Under the pieces are notes generated by a model, which did no database searches, was not told the origin of the DNA, and saw nothing but the letters and a program-made list of their open reading frames with translations. This document shows positions 47,400-59,144 of a DNA stretch of 64,000 nt, one piece after another (positions within the stretch are counted from its first letter, which is position 1; each line of letters begins with the position of its first letter). The translations under genes and the position numbers were made by a program. The stretch is from Takakia lepidozioides (taxonomy: Eukaryota; Plantae; Bryophyta). Where the stretch lies: contig CM060731.1 of the NCBI GenBank assembly GCA_030704615.1, positions 65,224,001-65,288,000 of the forward strand, given 5' to 3'.

Positions 47400-49035
47400 G
47401 CATATTGAATTGTGTAAGTTAGCTCGTTGGGTGGATCTGGGGTGGTTTGGAGTGACTTTGACAAGTTACTGCCAATGTGGCAGCAGGAAAGTACCCAAAA
47501 ACAGATAACAGAGATGAGGAGAACCTTTGGAATGAACACTTTTCCGACCCCAGTCAATGGTGGGACAATGGAGACAAAAAGGTGAATGCCTGCTGGACCA
47601 CAGAGAGAAGCAGATGCAATTCAGAATTGGAACTACTGTAATAAGTAGGGTTGGGGTGCTTGCTGGAAGAACTTCACGCCGTCAGTGTCAGCTGCTAGCA
47701 GCAAGGCTGAGGATATATTCATGTTTTGTACACAGGCAGGGATAGCTGAAGGACCAGGGATAGAGGTCCAGATTCATCCAAGAGGGCCGGATTTCAAACA
47801 CAAGATTACTTCTGATTCCCTGTGGATCAATAGCTACAAGAAACCTGCGTGGGTAGATGGCCAACTGGAAACAGCAGCGGCAGCAGCACAATTGATAGAA
47901 CCAGGCACTGCTACTTCTTCAAGACATTTGAGCGTGTTTTCGCTGCTATCAGAGTCGTCCCTAAATTTTCAGGTTGAATTCTGCAAGTTAGCTCGTTGGT
48001 GGATCTATGGTGGTTTTGGAGTGATTTTGACATGTTATTGCCAATGTGGCAACAGGAAAGTATCGAAAAACAGATAACAGAGATGAGGAGAAGCTCTGGA
48101 ATGAATATATTTCCGAGTGGAACAAGCGAGGCAGACAGGTGAATGCCTGTTGGAAGCGCACGTCAGCATGGGAACTAGTGTGATAAGTAGGGTTGGGGTG
48201 TTTGCTAGAACAAATCTAGGCTGTCATTGTCAGCTGCTAGCAGCAAGGCAAGGATGTATGCATGATTTGTGCAGAGCCTGGATAGCTGAAGGAGCAGGGG
48301 TAGAGTTTGGTTCCAGATTCATCCAAGAGGGCCGGATTTCAAGCTCAACATTACCTATGATTGCCTGTGGACGGATAGCTACAAGAAACCTGCATGGGTA
48401 GATGGTCAACTGGAAGCCGCAGCAGCAGCGGCAGAATTGATAAAATCAGGCACTGCTAATGAAGGCACCTTCTTCAACACATTTCACCCTGTTTTTCCCT
48501 CTTATCAGAATCCGCCCTAAAATTCCATTTTGAATTCTGCAAGTTAGCTGGTTGAGTGAATCTTTGATAGTTTGGAGTGACTTCGACATGATACTGCCAA
48601 TGTGACAACAGGAAAGTATCCAGAAACAGGTGACACAGACGAGGAGAAGCTGTGGAGTGAGTACTTTTCTGACCCCAGTCAATGGTGGGACAATCGAGGC
48701 AAAAAGGTGAATGCCTGTTGGATTACAGAGAGTAACAGATGCAATTGAGCATAGGAACTAGTGTGATTAGTTGAGTTGGGTGTTTCCTAGAACAAATCTA
48801 GGCTGTCATTGTCAGCTGCTAGCAGCAAGGCAAGGATGTATGCATGATTTGTGCAGAGGCAGTGATAGCTGAAGCAGCAGGGATAGAGTGTGGGTCCAGA
48901 TGCATCCAAGAGGGCCAGATTTCAAGCACAAGATTACCTATGATTCCCTGTGGATCAATAGCTACAAGAAACCTGCATGGGTAGATGGACAACTAAAGGC
49001 AGCTGCTGCAGCGGCAAAGTTGATAAAATCAGGCA
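47400..49035 (+). repeat. Three tandem ~550-580 bp units, each two exons plus introns of one PDF motif
   Basis: Repeated GGAAAGTA...GAGGAGAA, GTGAATGCCTG and CATCCAAGAGGGCC blocks. Confidence 0.88.
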
Positions 49036-51521
49036 CCTCAACCATCACCACAGCTTCTGAAAGAGGATCAAGAGAGGGAGTCCACAATGCCTCTTCTGGC
49101 ACTTCTGGGCATGTGAAGATGCTTTGTGAGGCAGGCAGACTGAAAGAGGCTCTACTGACTTTAAACCAAGGAGGCATTTCAGCAGATTCAGATACGTATG
49201 TCTGTCTCTTGCTTAAGTGCATCAAGATGAAAGGTCTGGAAGCTGGAAAGCAGGTGCACACTCACATTATCCAAAGTGGATTCACGCCAAGTGTTTTTCT
49301 CCTCAACACCCTTGTCAACATGTATGTTAAGTGCGGGAGCATCATGGATGCTCACCAAGTGTTCAACGGAATGCCTCAACGATCTTTGATCACGTGGAAC
49401 ATAATGTTGGCAGGATTTACCAAGCATGGGTGTGGTAGGAATGCTTTGGAGACCTATGAGCAAATGCTCCGCGAAGGGGTGAAGCCCAACCACATCACAT
49501 TTGTTGGTGTTTGCAATGCGTGTGCAAGCCTGGGAGCCCTGGAAAAGGGGAAAGAGGTCCATGGTGACATCGTCAAAGCTGGAATTGTACCCAATGTCAT
49601 TCTGAACACTGCCCTGGTGGACATGTATGCCAAATGTGGGTGCATTAACGATGCGAAGGGAGTTTTCAACACTATGGCTGAACGAGATGTGGTGTCGTGG
49701 AACGCGATGCTTGCAGGGTATGTACAGCAGGGACGTGGGATGGAGGCTTTGGAGATCTATGATCAAATGATGGGGGAAGGGGTGAAGCCCGACCACATCA
49801 CGTTCATGTGCATTTGCAATGCATGTGCAAGCCTGGCAGCTCTGGAAAAGGGCAAAGGGGTCCATGGTGACATTGTCAAAGCTGGAATTGTACCCAATGT
49901 TTTTCTACTCAACACCCTTGTCAACATGTATGTTAAGTGCGGGAGCATCATGGATGCTCACCAAGTGTTCAACGGAATGCCTCAACGATCTGTGAGCACG
50001 TGGAATACATTGTTGGCAGGATTTACCAAGCATGGGTGTGGTAGGCATGCTTTGGAGACCTATGAGCAAATGCTCCGCGAAGGGGTGAAGCCCAACCACA
50101 TCACATTTGTTTGTGTTTGCAATGCCTGTGCAAGCCTGGGAGCTCTGGCAAAGGGGAAAGAGGTCCATGGTGACATCGTCAAAGCTGGAATTGTACCAGA
50201 TGTCATCCTGAACACTGCCCTGGTGGACATGTATGCGAAATGTGGGTGCATTAAGGATGCGAAGAGAGTTTTCAACACTATGGCTGAACGAGATGTGGTG
50301 TCGTGGACCGCGATGCTTGCAGGATATGCACAGCAGGGCTGCGGGATGGAGGCCTTGGAGACCTATGAGCAAATGATGGGGGAAGGGGTGAAGTGCAACC
50401 ACATCACGTTTGTGTGTGTTTGCAATGCATGTGCAAGCCTGGCAGCCCTGGAAAAGGGCAAGGAGGTGCATGGTGACATCGTCAAATCTGGAATTGTACC
50501 AGATGTCATTCTGAACACTGCACTGGTGGACATGTATGCGAAATGTGGGTGCATTGAGGATGCAAAGGGAGTATTTGACAATATGGCTGAAAGAAATGTG
50601 GTGTCGTGGAACGCGATGATCGCAGGATATGCCCAGCATGGTTGTCCTAGGGAGGTCCTGCAACTATATGAAGGAATGCAAAAGAATGGCTTGAAGCCGG
50701 ACAGTATCACCTTCGTATGTGTTCTCTCTGCATGCAGCCACACTGGCCTACTGAATGAAGGAAGACGCTACTTTGATTCCCTGAGTCAAGATCATGGTGT
50801 CACTCCGACAGTTAAGCACTTTGGCTGTATGGTGGACCTTCTTGGACGTGCGGGACAACTAGATGAGGCAGTGGACCTGATTAATAAAATGCCAATCAGT
50901 CCAGATGTTGCAGTGTGGAAGGCCTTGCTTGGTGCATGCAGAATCCATGGCAATGTGGAGATGGCTGAACGTGCGGCAACATCTATCCTCAAGTGGGATG
51001 AACAGGATGTCACGACTTATGTGTTGCTATCAAACATCTATGCTGCAGCTGGCAGGTGGGATGATACTGCAAAGGTGAGAAGAATGATGAAGGTCAGAGG
51101 GGTTAGAAAGGAGCCAGGTCGCTGCTGCATTGAGGTTGGCAACAGGGTGCACCCCTTTGTTGTAGATGACAAGTTGCATCCCAGAATTAAGGAAATCCAT
51201 GCTGAGCTGAGAAGATTGTCTGGGCAGATGAAGGAAGCGGGGTATGTGCCTGACACGCGCTTTGTATTGCATGATGTTGGGGAGGAGGAGAAGGAATTTT
51301 CTCTTTGCTACCACAGTGAGAAGCTGGCCATTGGTTTTGGGCTGATTAGCACGACCCCTAGGACGCCTCTCCGTCTAATCAAGAATCTTCGAGTGTGTGG
51401 TGACTGCCACACCTCCACCAAATTCATCTCAAAGATTGTTGGCCGAGCAATTGTTGTACGAGACGCTAACCGCTTTCACCACTTTGAAGATGGGATTTGT
51501 TCTTGTGGGGATTACTGGTGA
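47487..51521 (+). CDS. PLS-class PPR-DYW organellar RNA-editing factor preceded by three OSB-type PDF motifs on small exons
   Basis: P-L-S triplets, E domain, PG box, HSEKLA, CGDCH, DYW end. Upstream exon pairs encode LW.E.FSDPSQWWDN..KK | .HPRGPDFKHK...LWI...PAWV; the last half-motif is in the same ORF as the PPR array. First exon not identified. Confidence 0.9.
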
Positions 51522-52208
51522 AAGGATGTTTTCTTGGAAAGATGCGAGTGTCTTGCTTCATTCATTGATCTGTGTAGCTACTCAGATCATCCACCATTTC
51601 CTGGGAACATTGACCTACTGTTGAGTGCATTTCCTGTGGCATATCCACGGGAAATGATAGTGGGTCTACCCAGCATAGGTGGGAAGTCAACCCATAATTG
51701 CACTTGACTGAAGGGGGGAAATTTTGACCGACTCTGGTGATAGCAGAAGGAATCAGAGTGCTGTCCTAATTCTGGGTTTGGGTGGTGGAGCTTCTCCAAA
51801 GCTTGAAGATCGAAGTGGATACGGTTTGTAATGAGCTTGACTAGAGGGGCAGCCCTGTGCACAAGTGTGTTCAGCATCTTATATTTGGACATGTTTGTAT
51901 GTTTCTCATGGTGCTGCTTCAGAGAGCTCTCTTGACTAACGTGCATGAATGTTGTCGAAAGCCAGAGCTCCTATTCTGTCAGTTAACAGCTCAAATCGAT
52001 CAGTGACGAAGGTCAAGAAGCTTATATCGAATATTTGAAGTTGCCCAACGATCCTGCCTGAGAAAAAGCACTGCCGAGGGACGAAGGTGGGTAGACCGTT
52101 CAAGGTCGGTCACGGTAGGTCACACCATGTCCTAATGGGATTATTGCTCAAGTATACGAAATGGCCATTAACCTTCGTCGAACCAAGGTCCTGGTTATGC
52201 CATAGGTA

Positions 52209-53420
52209 GGTCCTGCAACTATTTGAAGGAATGCAAAAGAACGGCTTGACGCTGGACAGTATCAGCTGTATATGTGTTCTCTCTGCATGCAGCCACACTG
52301 GCCTACTGAATGATGGAAGACGCTACTTTGATTCCCTGAGTCAAGATCATGGTGTCACTCTGACAGTAAAGCACTTTGGCTGTATGGTGAACCTTCTTGG
52401 ACGTGCGGGACAACTGGATGAGGCAGTGGACCTGATTGATAAAATGCCAATCAATCCAGATGTTGGGGTGTGGAAGGCCTTGCTTCGTGCCTGCAGAATC
52501 CATGGCAATGTGGAGATGGCTGAACGTGCGGCAACATATATCCTCAAGTGGGATGAACAGGATGCCGCAACTTATGTGTTGCTATCAAACATCTATGCTG
52601 CAGCTGGCAGGTGGGATGATACTGCAAAGGTGAGAAGAATGATGAAGGTCAGAAGGGTTAGATACCAGAATTAAGGAAATCCATGCTGAGCTGAGAAGAC
52701 TGTCTGGGCAGATGAAGGAAACGGGGTATGTGCCTGACACGCGCTTTGTATTGCATGATGTTGGGGAGGAGGAAAAGGAATTTTCTCTTTGCCACCACAG
52801 TGAGAAGCTGGCCATTGGATTTGGGCTGATCAGCAGGACCCCTAGGATGCCTCTCTGTCTCATCAAGAGTCTTCGAGTGTGTGGTGACTGCCACACCTCC
52901 ACCAAATTCATCTCAAAGATTGTTGGCCAAGCAATTGTTGTACGGGATGCTAACCACTTTCACCACTTTGAAGATGGGATTTGTTCTTGTGGGGATTACT
53001 GGTGAAAGGATGTTTTCTTGGAAAGATGCGAGTGTCTTGCTTCATTCATTGATCTGTGTAGCTACTCAGATCATCCACCATTTCCTGAGAGTATTGACCA
53101 TGATGTACTGTTGAGTGCATTTCCTGTGGCATATCCACGGGAAATGATAGTGGTACCCGGCTTAGGTGGTAAGTCAGCCCTCAATTGCAATTGAGTGAAG
53201 GGGTGATATTGGACTGACTCTGGTGACAGTGGATGGAAATCAGAGTGCTGTCCTAATTCTGGGTTTGGGTGGTGGAGCTTCTCCAAAGCTTGAAGATGGA
53301 AGTGAATACGAATTTTAATGAGATTGATTAGAGGTGTAGCCCCGTGCACAAGTGTGACAGCATCTTATATTTGGACATGTTTGTATATTTCTCGTGGTGC
53401 GGCTCTTGACTAACTTGCAT
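52209..53420 (+). pseudogene. Partial tandem duplicate of the PPR-DYW 3' end and 3' flank
   Basis: Near copy of ~50652-51945; a deletion near 52662 removes the PG box and shifts frame; no 5' PPR array. Confidence 0.9.
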
Positions 53421-53590
53421 AATATTGAGTAGAGAGAGATTTGGCCTGAACCCACTTTGGATAATGTGGGTGTGCACCAGCTTTCCTGCTGTTAGGTTGA
53501 TGCACTCCTGCAAGACACAGATGTAAGATATGAAGTCTCCCTGTTGGTTCCAAGTGTGCAGCACCTCTTTCAGCCGTCCTGCTTTATATG
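53420..53590 (-). pseudogene. Inverted fragment of a PPR gene N-terminus
   Basis: AGRLKEVL...GKLVHTHIIQSGF resembles AGRLKEAL...GKQVHTHIIQSGF at ~49130-49285. Confidence 0.7.
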
Positions 53591-55859
53591 GTGTTCCCAA
53601 ATCTTCACAGAAGCCAGAAAAGTTCGATTGACTCCCTCTCTTGCGATTTTCTCAAAAGCAGTGGTCATGAGGGGGGTGCTATCCTTGGCCCAAGCATGAT
53701 GACCAACAAACCGGGCCTTATTCGACCCTGCCATCCTGCACGACTAGAATCTCAGAGTTGCAAACCATTACACCTTTTCAAATGCATTCAGTACTTCAAT
53801 CCGGTCGTCATAGGATGCCATTGATCTGTGACGAGACGAGACGTTCCGTTGCAGTTCAAGACGGAAGTCGTCCACGTCGCGGCAACGGCCGCCTTTAAGG
53901 TTGTCCTATTTCTCCACAACTCTCTGTGCCCGGAGCTCTCCCATGGCGCACTGTTTGGAGCAGCAGCAGCCTACATGGATCTTTTTGCAGACAATACGCT
54001 TGCATTTTTGAGGTGAGACACAGACACACATGAAAGAAACGTTTTCCTTCATATATCCTCCTAGTCTCTGCGCCTCTACTAGCTTAGTAAGCAACTCCAA
54101 AGCGGGAGCCACCACACCAACTGGAAGCTCTGCAATGAAGGCATAATGATGACCAACAAGGGGACATACATCCGAAGACACACATAAGATTCTAGTGCAC
54201 ACCACAGAATCTACAAACAAACAGTCTAAAGGGAAGAGCTGCTGCAGGGCCAAATGGCACGGCCAGTGATTTAGTGGGGTCCCTCCTTGCCCCTGGTTTT
54301 GGGCAGAGGAGAACTGACCCATTGCATATCAGCTGAAAAAAACACCTGATCCTCAAATCCGAATCTACCCTTCGGTTGCCAATTTGAGATTTTAGATTCC
54401 AAGATTTAGAATTGCAAGTGAATCTTTCTCCCAACGCAACTGCACTAGGATCTGCAGGTCCTGTTGACTTGCAAATTATGAGGGAAAATTGAAAGTTGAT
54501 TTCCACTCGGTCATGCTAACCAATATGGAGGGTTGAAAGGCATGACATTTGAACTCAGTTCTGCTCTTAGATTCTGGAGTTTTGAGTAATTAACAGGAAT
54601 GAGCCATCAATTGCATCACTGTCTCTCCGCCTGTTGCTATTTCTTGTATCTGTGGTGCACTGACTAGCGTCTCTCTGCTTTTATTTAAGCCTTGAGCTCT
54701 TCTGTACAATGTCTCCACTTTTGAGTTCAATTTGACTATCATGTGTTGTCACTCACTGACCAGAGTGATTAAACAACACCTATGACAAGTGGAATATGAA
54801 TACAGCAAGCACAACAGTGTGTTCAAGTGCAACTGTTTCAATCACTCCGAAATACTGAAATCTTGCCAGAGAGAGAGAGAGAGAGATGAAAAAAATACTG
54901 TCCAGGCATGAGGGCCAACGGGTGTTTTACAGAAACAGTAAAGAGAAGACAGATTTACAAACATTGAATGGAAGTGTACCCGGAAAGTGAGAAAACCGCT
55001 GCTTTCAAGGAATCGCACACACCACCCTTCCACAAATTTTCAGAGTTTTCATCTACTGCCTTCAACTGTTGTAGGGTTTAGGGTCTAGGGTTTAGGGTCT
55101 AGCATCACTTCTAAAGAAATTTCCACATATCACCATTCTTGACTTAACTGGCCCTCTCTTCCTCTCTCTCCACCCTGGGGCCTCGTAAAGGCTCATATAT
55201 GCAGTCCTGTGAAAATGTCTGTCCAACTCCTTTGGAAGGTCTATTTATTACTAACCTTTGCCTTCCCATGTTGGCAGAAGCCTGTGAAACTGATGCACAT
55301 GCTGCATCGACCACCCTAACCATAAGTTGCTTGCTGATCTATTTCTCTCTAAGAATAACGTCATTAGCTCAAGCTCCATACTTCTGTCACTCATGCTAGC
55401 CCCTATCATTAGCAGAACTGTTCAACTCTGGATGTCCTTTTCAGCCCCCTTCATTACAGTGTCAGTTGTACATTGTAGACAGACCGACATGATGCTCAAG
55501 CTTACTTGACAAGATCTTTCACGGGCATTCGACACAATTCTATAGAATAATGAACCTCATAATCCTAGAGGGAACAATATCAGCCAAAAACAGGAACTAA
55601 AAACTGCAACTTTACTAATAGCGCAGCCAACACGGACTAACACCTAAACACAGGAAACAAAGTTGGATGCAAAAACTTTTGCAGACCTTACTTGCAGCTT
55701 CAAACCGCAGGCTTCACCATGTCATGACATCGTCGGTAATCCTTTTGCTCCTCTCAATTCTATCACAAAATGAGCCCAGTGGAAAGGGAGGGTAGACAAC
55801 ACTGCCTGTAACCAAACTGCTTCTGAACTAGTTCAACTGCCAAATTCCTCAGTGGCTTA

Positions 55860-57528
55860 TCAGCTGATTGGTTGGTCACCGCCAGGCACGGGTGGAAATC
55901 GCCGCTGTGGAGGCTCGTCGTCATCGCTGGTAGGCACGGGTGGAAATTTTCGAGGGGGAGGGTCATAGTTGTTACCAGTTGGAACAGGTGGAAACCTTCG
56001 AGGAGGAGAGTCATTGTCATTACCAGTTGGAACAGGTGGAAACCTTCGGGGAGGAGAGTCATAGTCGTTACCAGTTGGCACAGGTGGAAACCTTCGAGGA
56101 GGAGAGTCATTGTCATTACCAGTTGGAACAGGTGGAAACCTTCGGGGAGGAGAGTCATAGTCATTACCAGTTGGCACAGGTGGAAATCTTCGGGGAGGAG
56201 AGTCATTGTCATTCCCAGTTGGCACAGGTGGGAACCTTCGGGGGGAGGGATCGTTATCATTGCCTGTGGGCACTGGTGGGAATCTCCGGGGAGAAGGGTT
56301 GTAGTCATTCCCCGTTGGAACTGGTGGAAATCTTCGGGGAGGAGGGTCATTGTCATTTCCTGTGGGCACGGGTGGAAATCTCCTGGGCGGAGGCTGGGTG
56401 TCGTCACCTGTAGGTAAGGGTGGGAATCTGCGGGGGGGAGGGTTGCTGTCGTTACCTGTAGGCACAGGTGGAAATCTTCGAGGAGGTGGGTCGTCGCTCG
56501 TGGGCACAGGTGGGAATCTTCGTGGAGGCGAGTCGTCACTCGTAGGCAAGGGTGGAAATCTGCGTGGAGGAGAGTCATCGCTCGTAGGCACGGGTGGAAA
56601 TCTTCGGGGTGGAGGTTGGGTGTCGTCACCAGTAGGCAAGGGTGGAAATCTGCGGGGGGGTGGACTGCTATCGTCACTTGTTGGCAAGGGTGGGAAGGGT
56701 CGTGGAGAGGGGTCGCTGTCATTACCGGTGGGCACGGGTGGAAACCTTGGTGTATCTCCAACATCCCGTCTTGTCACAGGCATCCCCATTCCCATATCAA
56801 GTTGCCTCCTCCTCCTCCTCCTCTCAGCTTTATCATAGAATGACTGCGGAAGAGCGGGCCTATCATAAGACGGCAGAGGCAATCTCCCAGATGGCTCCAG
56901 AGGAGAAGGTCTTTCAGTGGGTGAATCATCCAGAATACTCTTCCCTGCCGTGGGTGGATCATCCAGAATACTCTTCCTTGGAGACTCAGGTGGAATGTAA
57001 TTGCGGAGGCCTGCAGGGCGCACTCCCCAGTCCGGATCCCCGGGCTTCTTAATCCTTCTTGGAGTGTCAACACTCCCGTTTTGCTCCGCTTTCTTGTACA
57101 GAAGCAGCAGCGACTTTCTCTCAGCTTCTGAAAGTTCCGCTTTCAGAGCTTTCACCTCCTTTTCCCTAATTTCAATTTTCTCCTTCAAGAACTCAACTGT
57201 GAGATCCACGGTAAAAGTTGGCTGTTCCACAGGCACAGGTGTCTGTTCCACGGATGCAGTCTCTTCTTCAGTCTCTTCTTTCGCAGTCTCTTCTGTCGCA
57301 ACCTCTGCCTTCAATTCGGACCCATCTGTGGGCGGCACTTCAGAGGACCCCAAGTCGACGGAGGCAACAGAGAGAGCCCTGTGCCTTGGAAACCTCGCGA
57401 AGAGAGCTCCTCCAGAGATGCCGTACCCCGGCCTTGTGGCGCAGGATACAGACGCCACTTTCCCGCACTGCAGAGAAAGGATTAGCGATAAGCTCTAAGC
57501 ATTAGCGCAATCCTGGAGGGGGTACCAT
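55860..57528 (-). CDS. Proline-rich repeat protein: transit-peptide-like N-terminus, coiled coil, 19 x (P)RRFPP[VL]PT[GS][ND]D
   Basis: 532-codon open frame; likely ATG at 57528-57526 followed by a 58-nt GT-AG intron (57525-57468); many synonymous differences between repeat units. Confidence 0.82.
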
Positions 57529-59144
57529 GTACGACGTGAATCCCTACAGGGACTAGATAGAAAACAAGAGAACAGAAGAAAAATCACTGGCACATCGGGA
57601 AATACACTGGATGGACAATCGGCAACACGTATAGTAGCCCAATCCGAATGCAATGGCGGGGGAAAGGTAGTACCAGAGCTTGTGACTGGCACAGTTCATG
57701 AACGCGGACTCGTACTCGTGAAATCGGAAAACCTGTCAAGGCCACGACTGATGCATGTTCAATACAAGTTACTGGAATGAAATACACATTGGACAGATAC
57801 CTGGTGCACGACACGAGAGAAAGAGACTTCCAGTTCATCAAACATGCAGTGAACCAGTGCAGGAAATGCATGCCATGTCTTAAACCTCTCAAATCACCTG
57901 TGCGAGACGGCATTGCCGTGGTGAAGCCTTTCGTCAACATGAGCCTCCTTGAAGGACTCATCACCATACTCATTGCGCTCACCCAACTGCCCAAGCTTTC
58001 CCCTTCCTTGACACTCCAGAGCAGAGAGCGTGGAAGAGTGGAAAAGCGCCGACTCAAAAACCCCATACCCTCTCTCCTCGCACCCCTCTCCACGCCCTCT
58101 GTCTTATCCTAAACCCTAACGATCCACAATGTGTGGCTGAGAGCATGTAGAGATCGCCCACTCACTGCCTGCCAGCGCGCCCACAGCCGGCCCTTCTCTC
58201 CGACCCACAAGCCTTGGTATTCACAGTAAGTATCTCCCTCTGGGGGTCTCCTCATTTGGGTCTTTTATAAAGCTCTACAGACTATGTATCCCACTTACAG
58301 CAGCAGTATTGTTGGACATACAGTCTATCAATGTTCCATTTGGGACCCTTATTACCCCTTATTAGTTCAGCTTCCAATTTACATTTTGAAAGGGGGTTCC
58401 TTGAAGAGCTCTCCACAGTAAGGGTTGAGGGGAAAGAAGCCTCTAGAAGGCAGGCCTCACCCTTCTTTATTTACTCTCTGACACCCTCATTTATATACTC
58501 TCTCAAGGCGGTGGTGAGCCTTCTAGAAGGGTCCCCCCCACCTCATTCTACTTCTCTAGAAAGCTCTAGAAGGAGGGGTTTTCCAGAAGGAGGGTTCTCT
58601 AGCCCATTGGCCACTCCATTGCTCTCCCTCTTTTCGACCTTTAGAAATGACCCCTGCCAGAATTTGGGGCCCTTATTTACTAAGAGTGCAGCTGCCAAAC
58701 GGTACTCCTGGACTGTGACAGCCATACCTGTGAATCCACTGATTGGGTTCACTAATAACAGCTTTGGACATTAACTTGTATGGTTGAAGTTTGGAGTGCT
58801 GAAATGTCCATGAGCATCAAAACAGATTTTTCATTCACTTTCACCTTCACAATCTGAAGGAAAATGCTCAGACGTATTTCGACTTGCAATCTGTTGGCGA
58901 ATTTCCAATACCTTTAAGAGATTGAGGATAGTGCACAACAACAAAGAAATAACTTGAGAGTGTGAGAAATAAATTTCCCGTATATACAGTCCTGCAGAAT
59001 TCCACAGTAGAAAACCAAACCAAATACAAAGCCATTAAAATGATGTACCAAGTAGGCCCGCCTCTGAATGATCTTCTGCTGCAAGCAGTTCTCATACACA
59101 TTGCCAAGAATAATTGAGCTACACTGTAAACTAAAATTTTCTAG

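Noticed and set aside
53828-54322. Possible exon fragments of another gene
   Set aside because: No recognisable family or consistent gene model.
55072-55102. Telomere or chromosome fusion site (TAGGGTT-like repeats; also ~39869 and ~58108)
   Set aside because: Only 2-4 imperfect units, consistent with common telo-box or interstitial motifs.
55763-56838. Overlapping ORFs in other frames of the proline-repeat gene
   Set aside because: Frames stay open because of the repeat; variation is synonymous mainly in the 55860-57458 frame.
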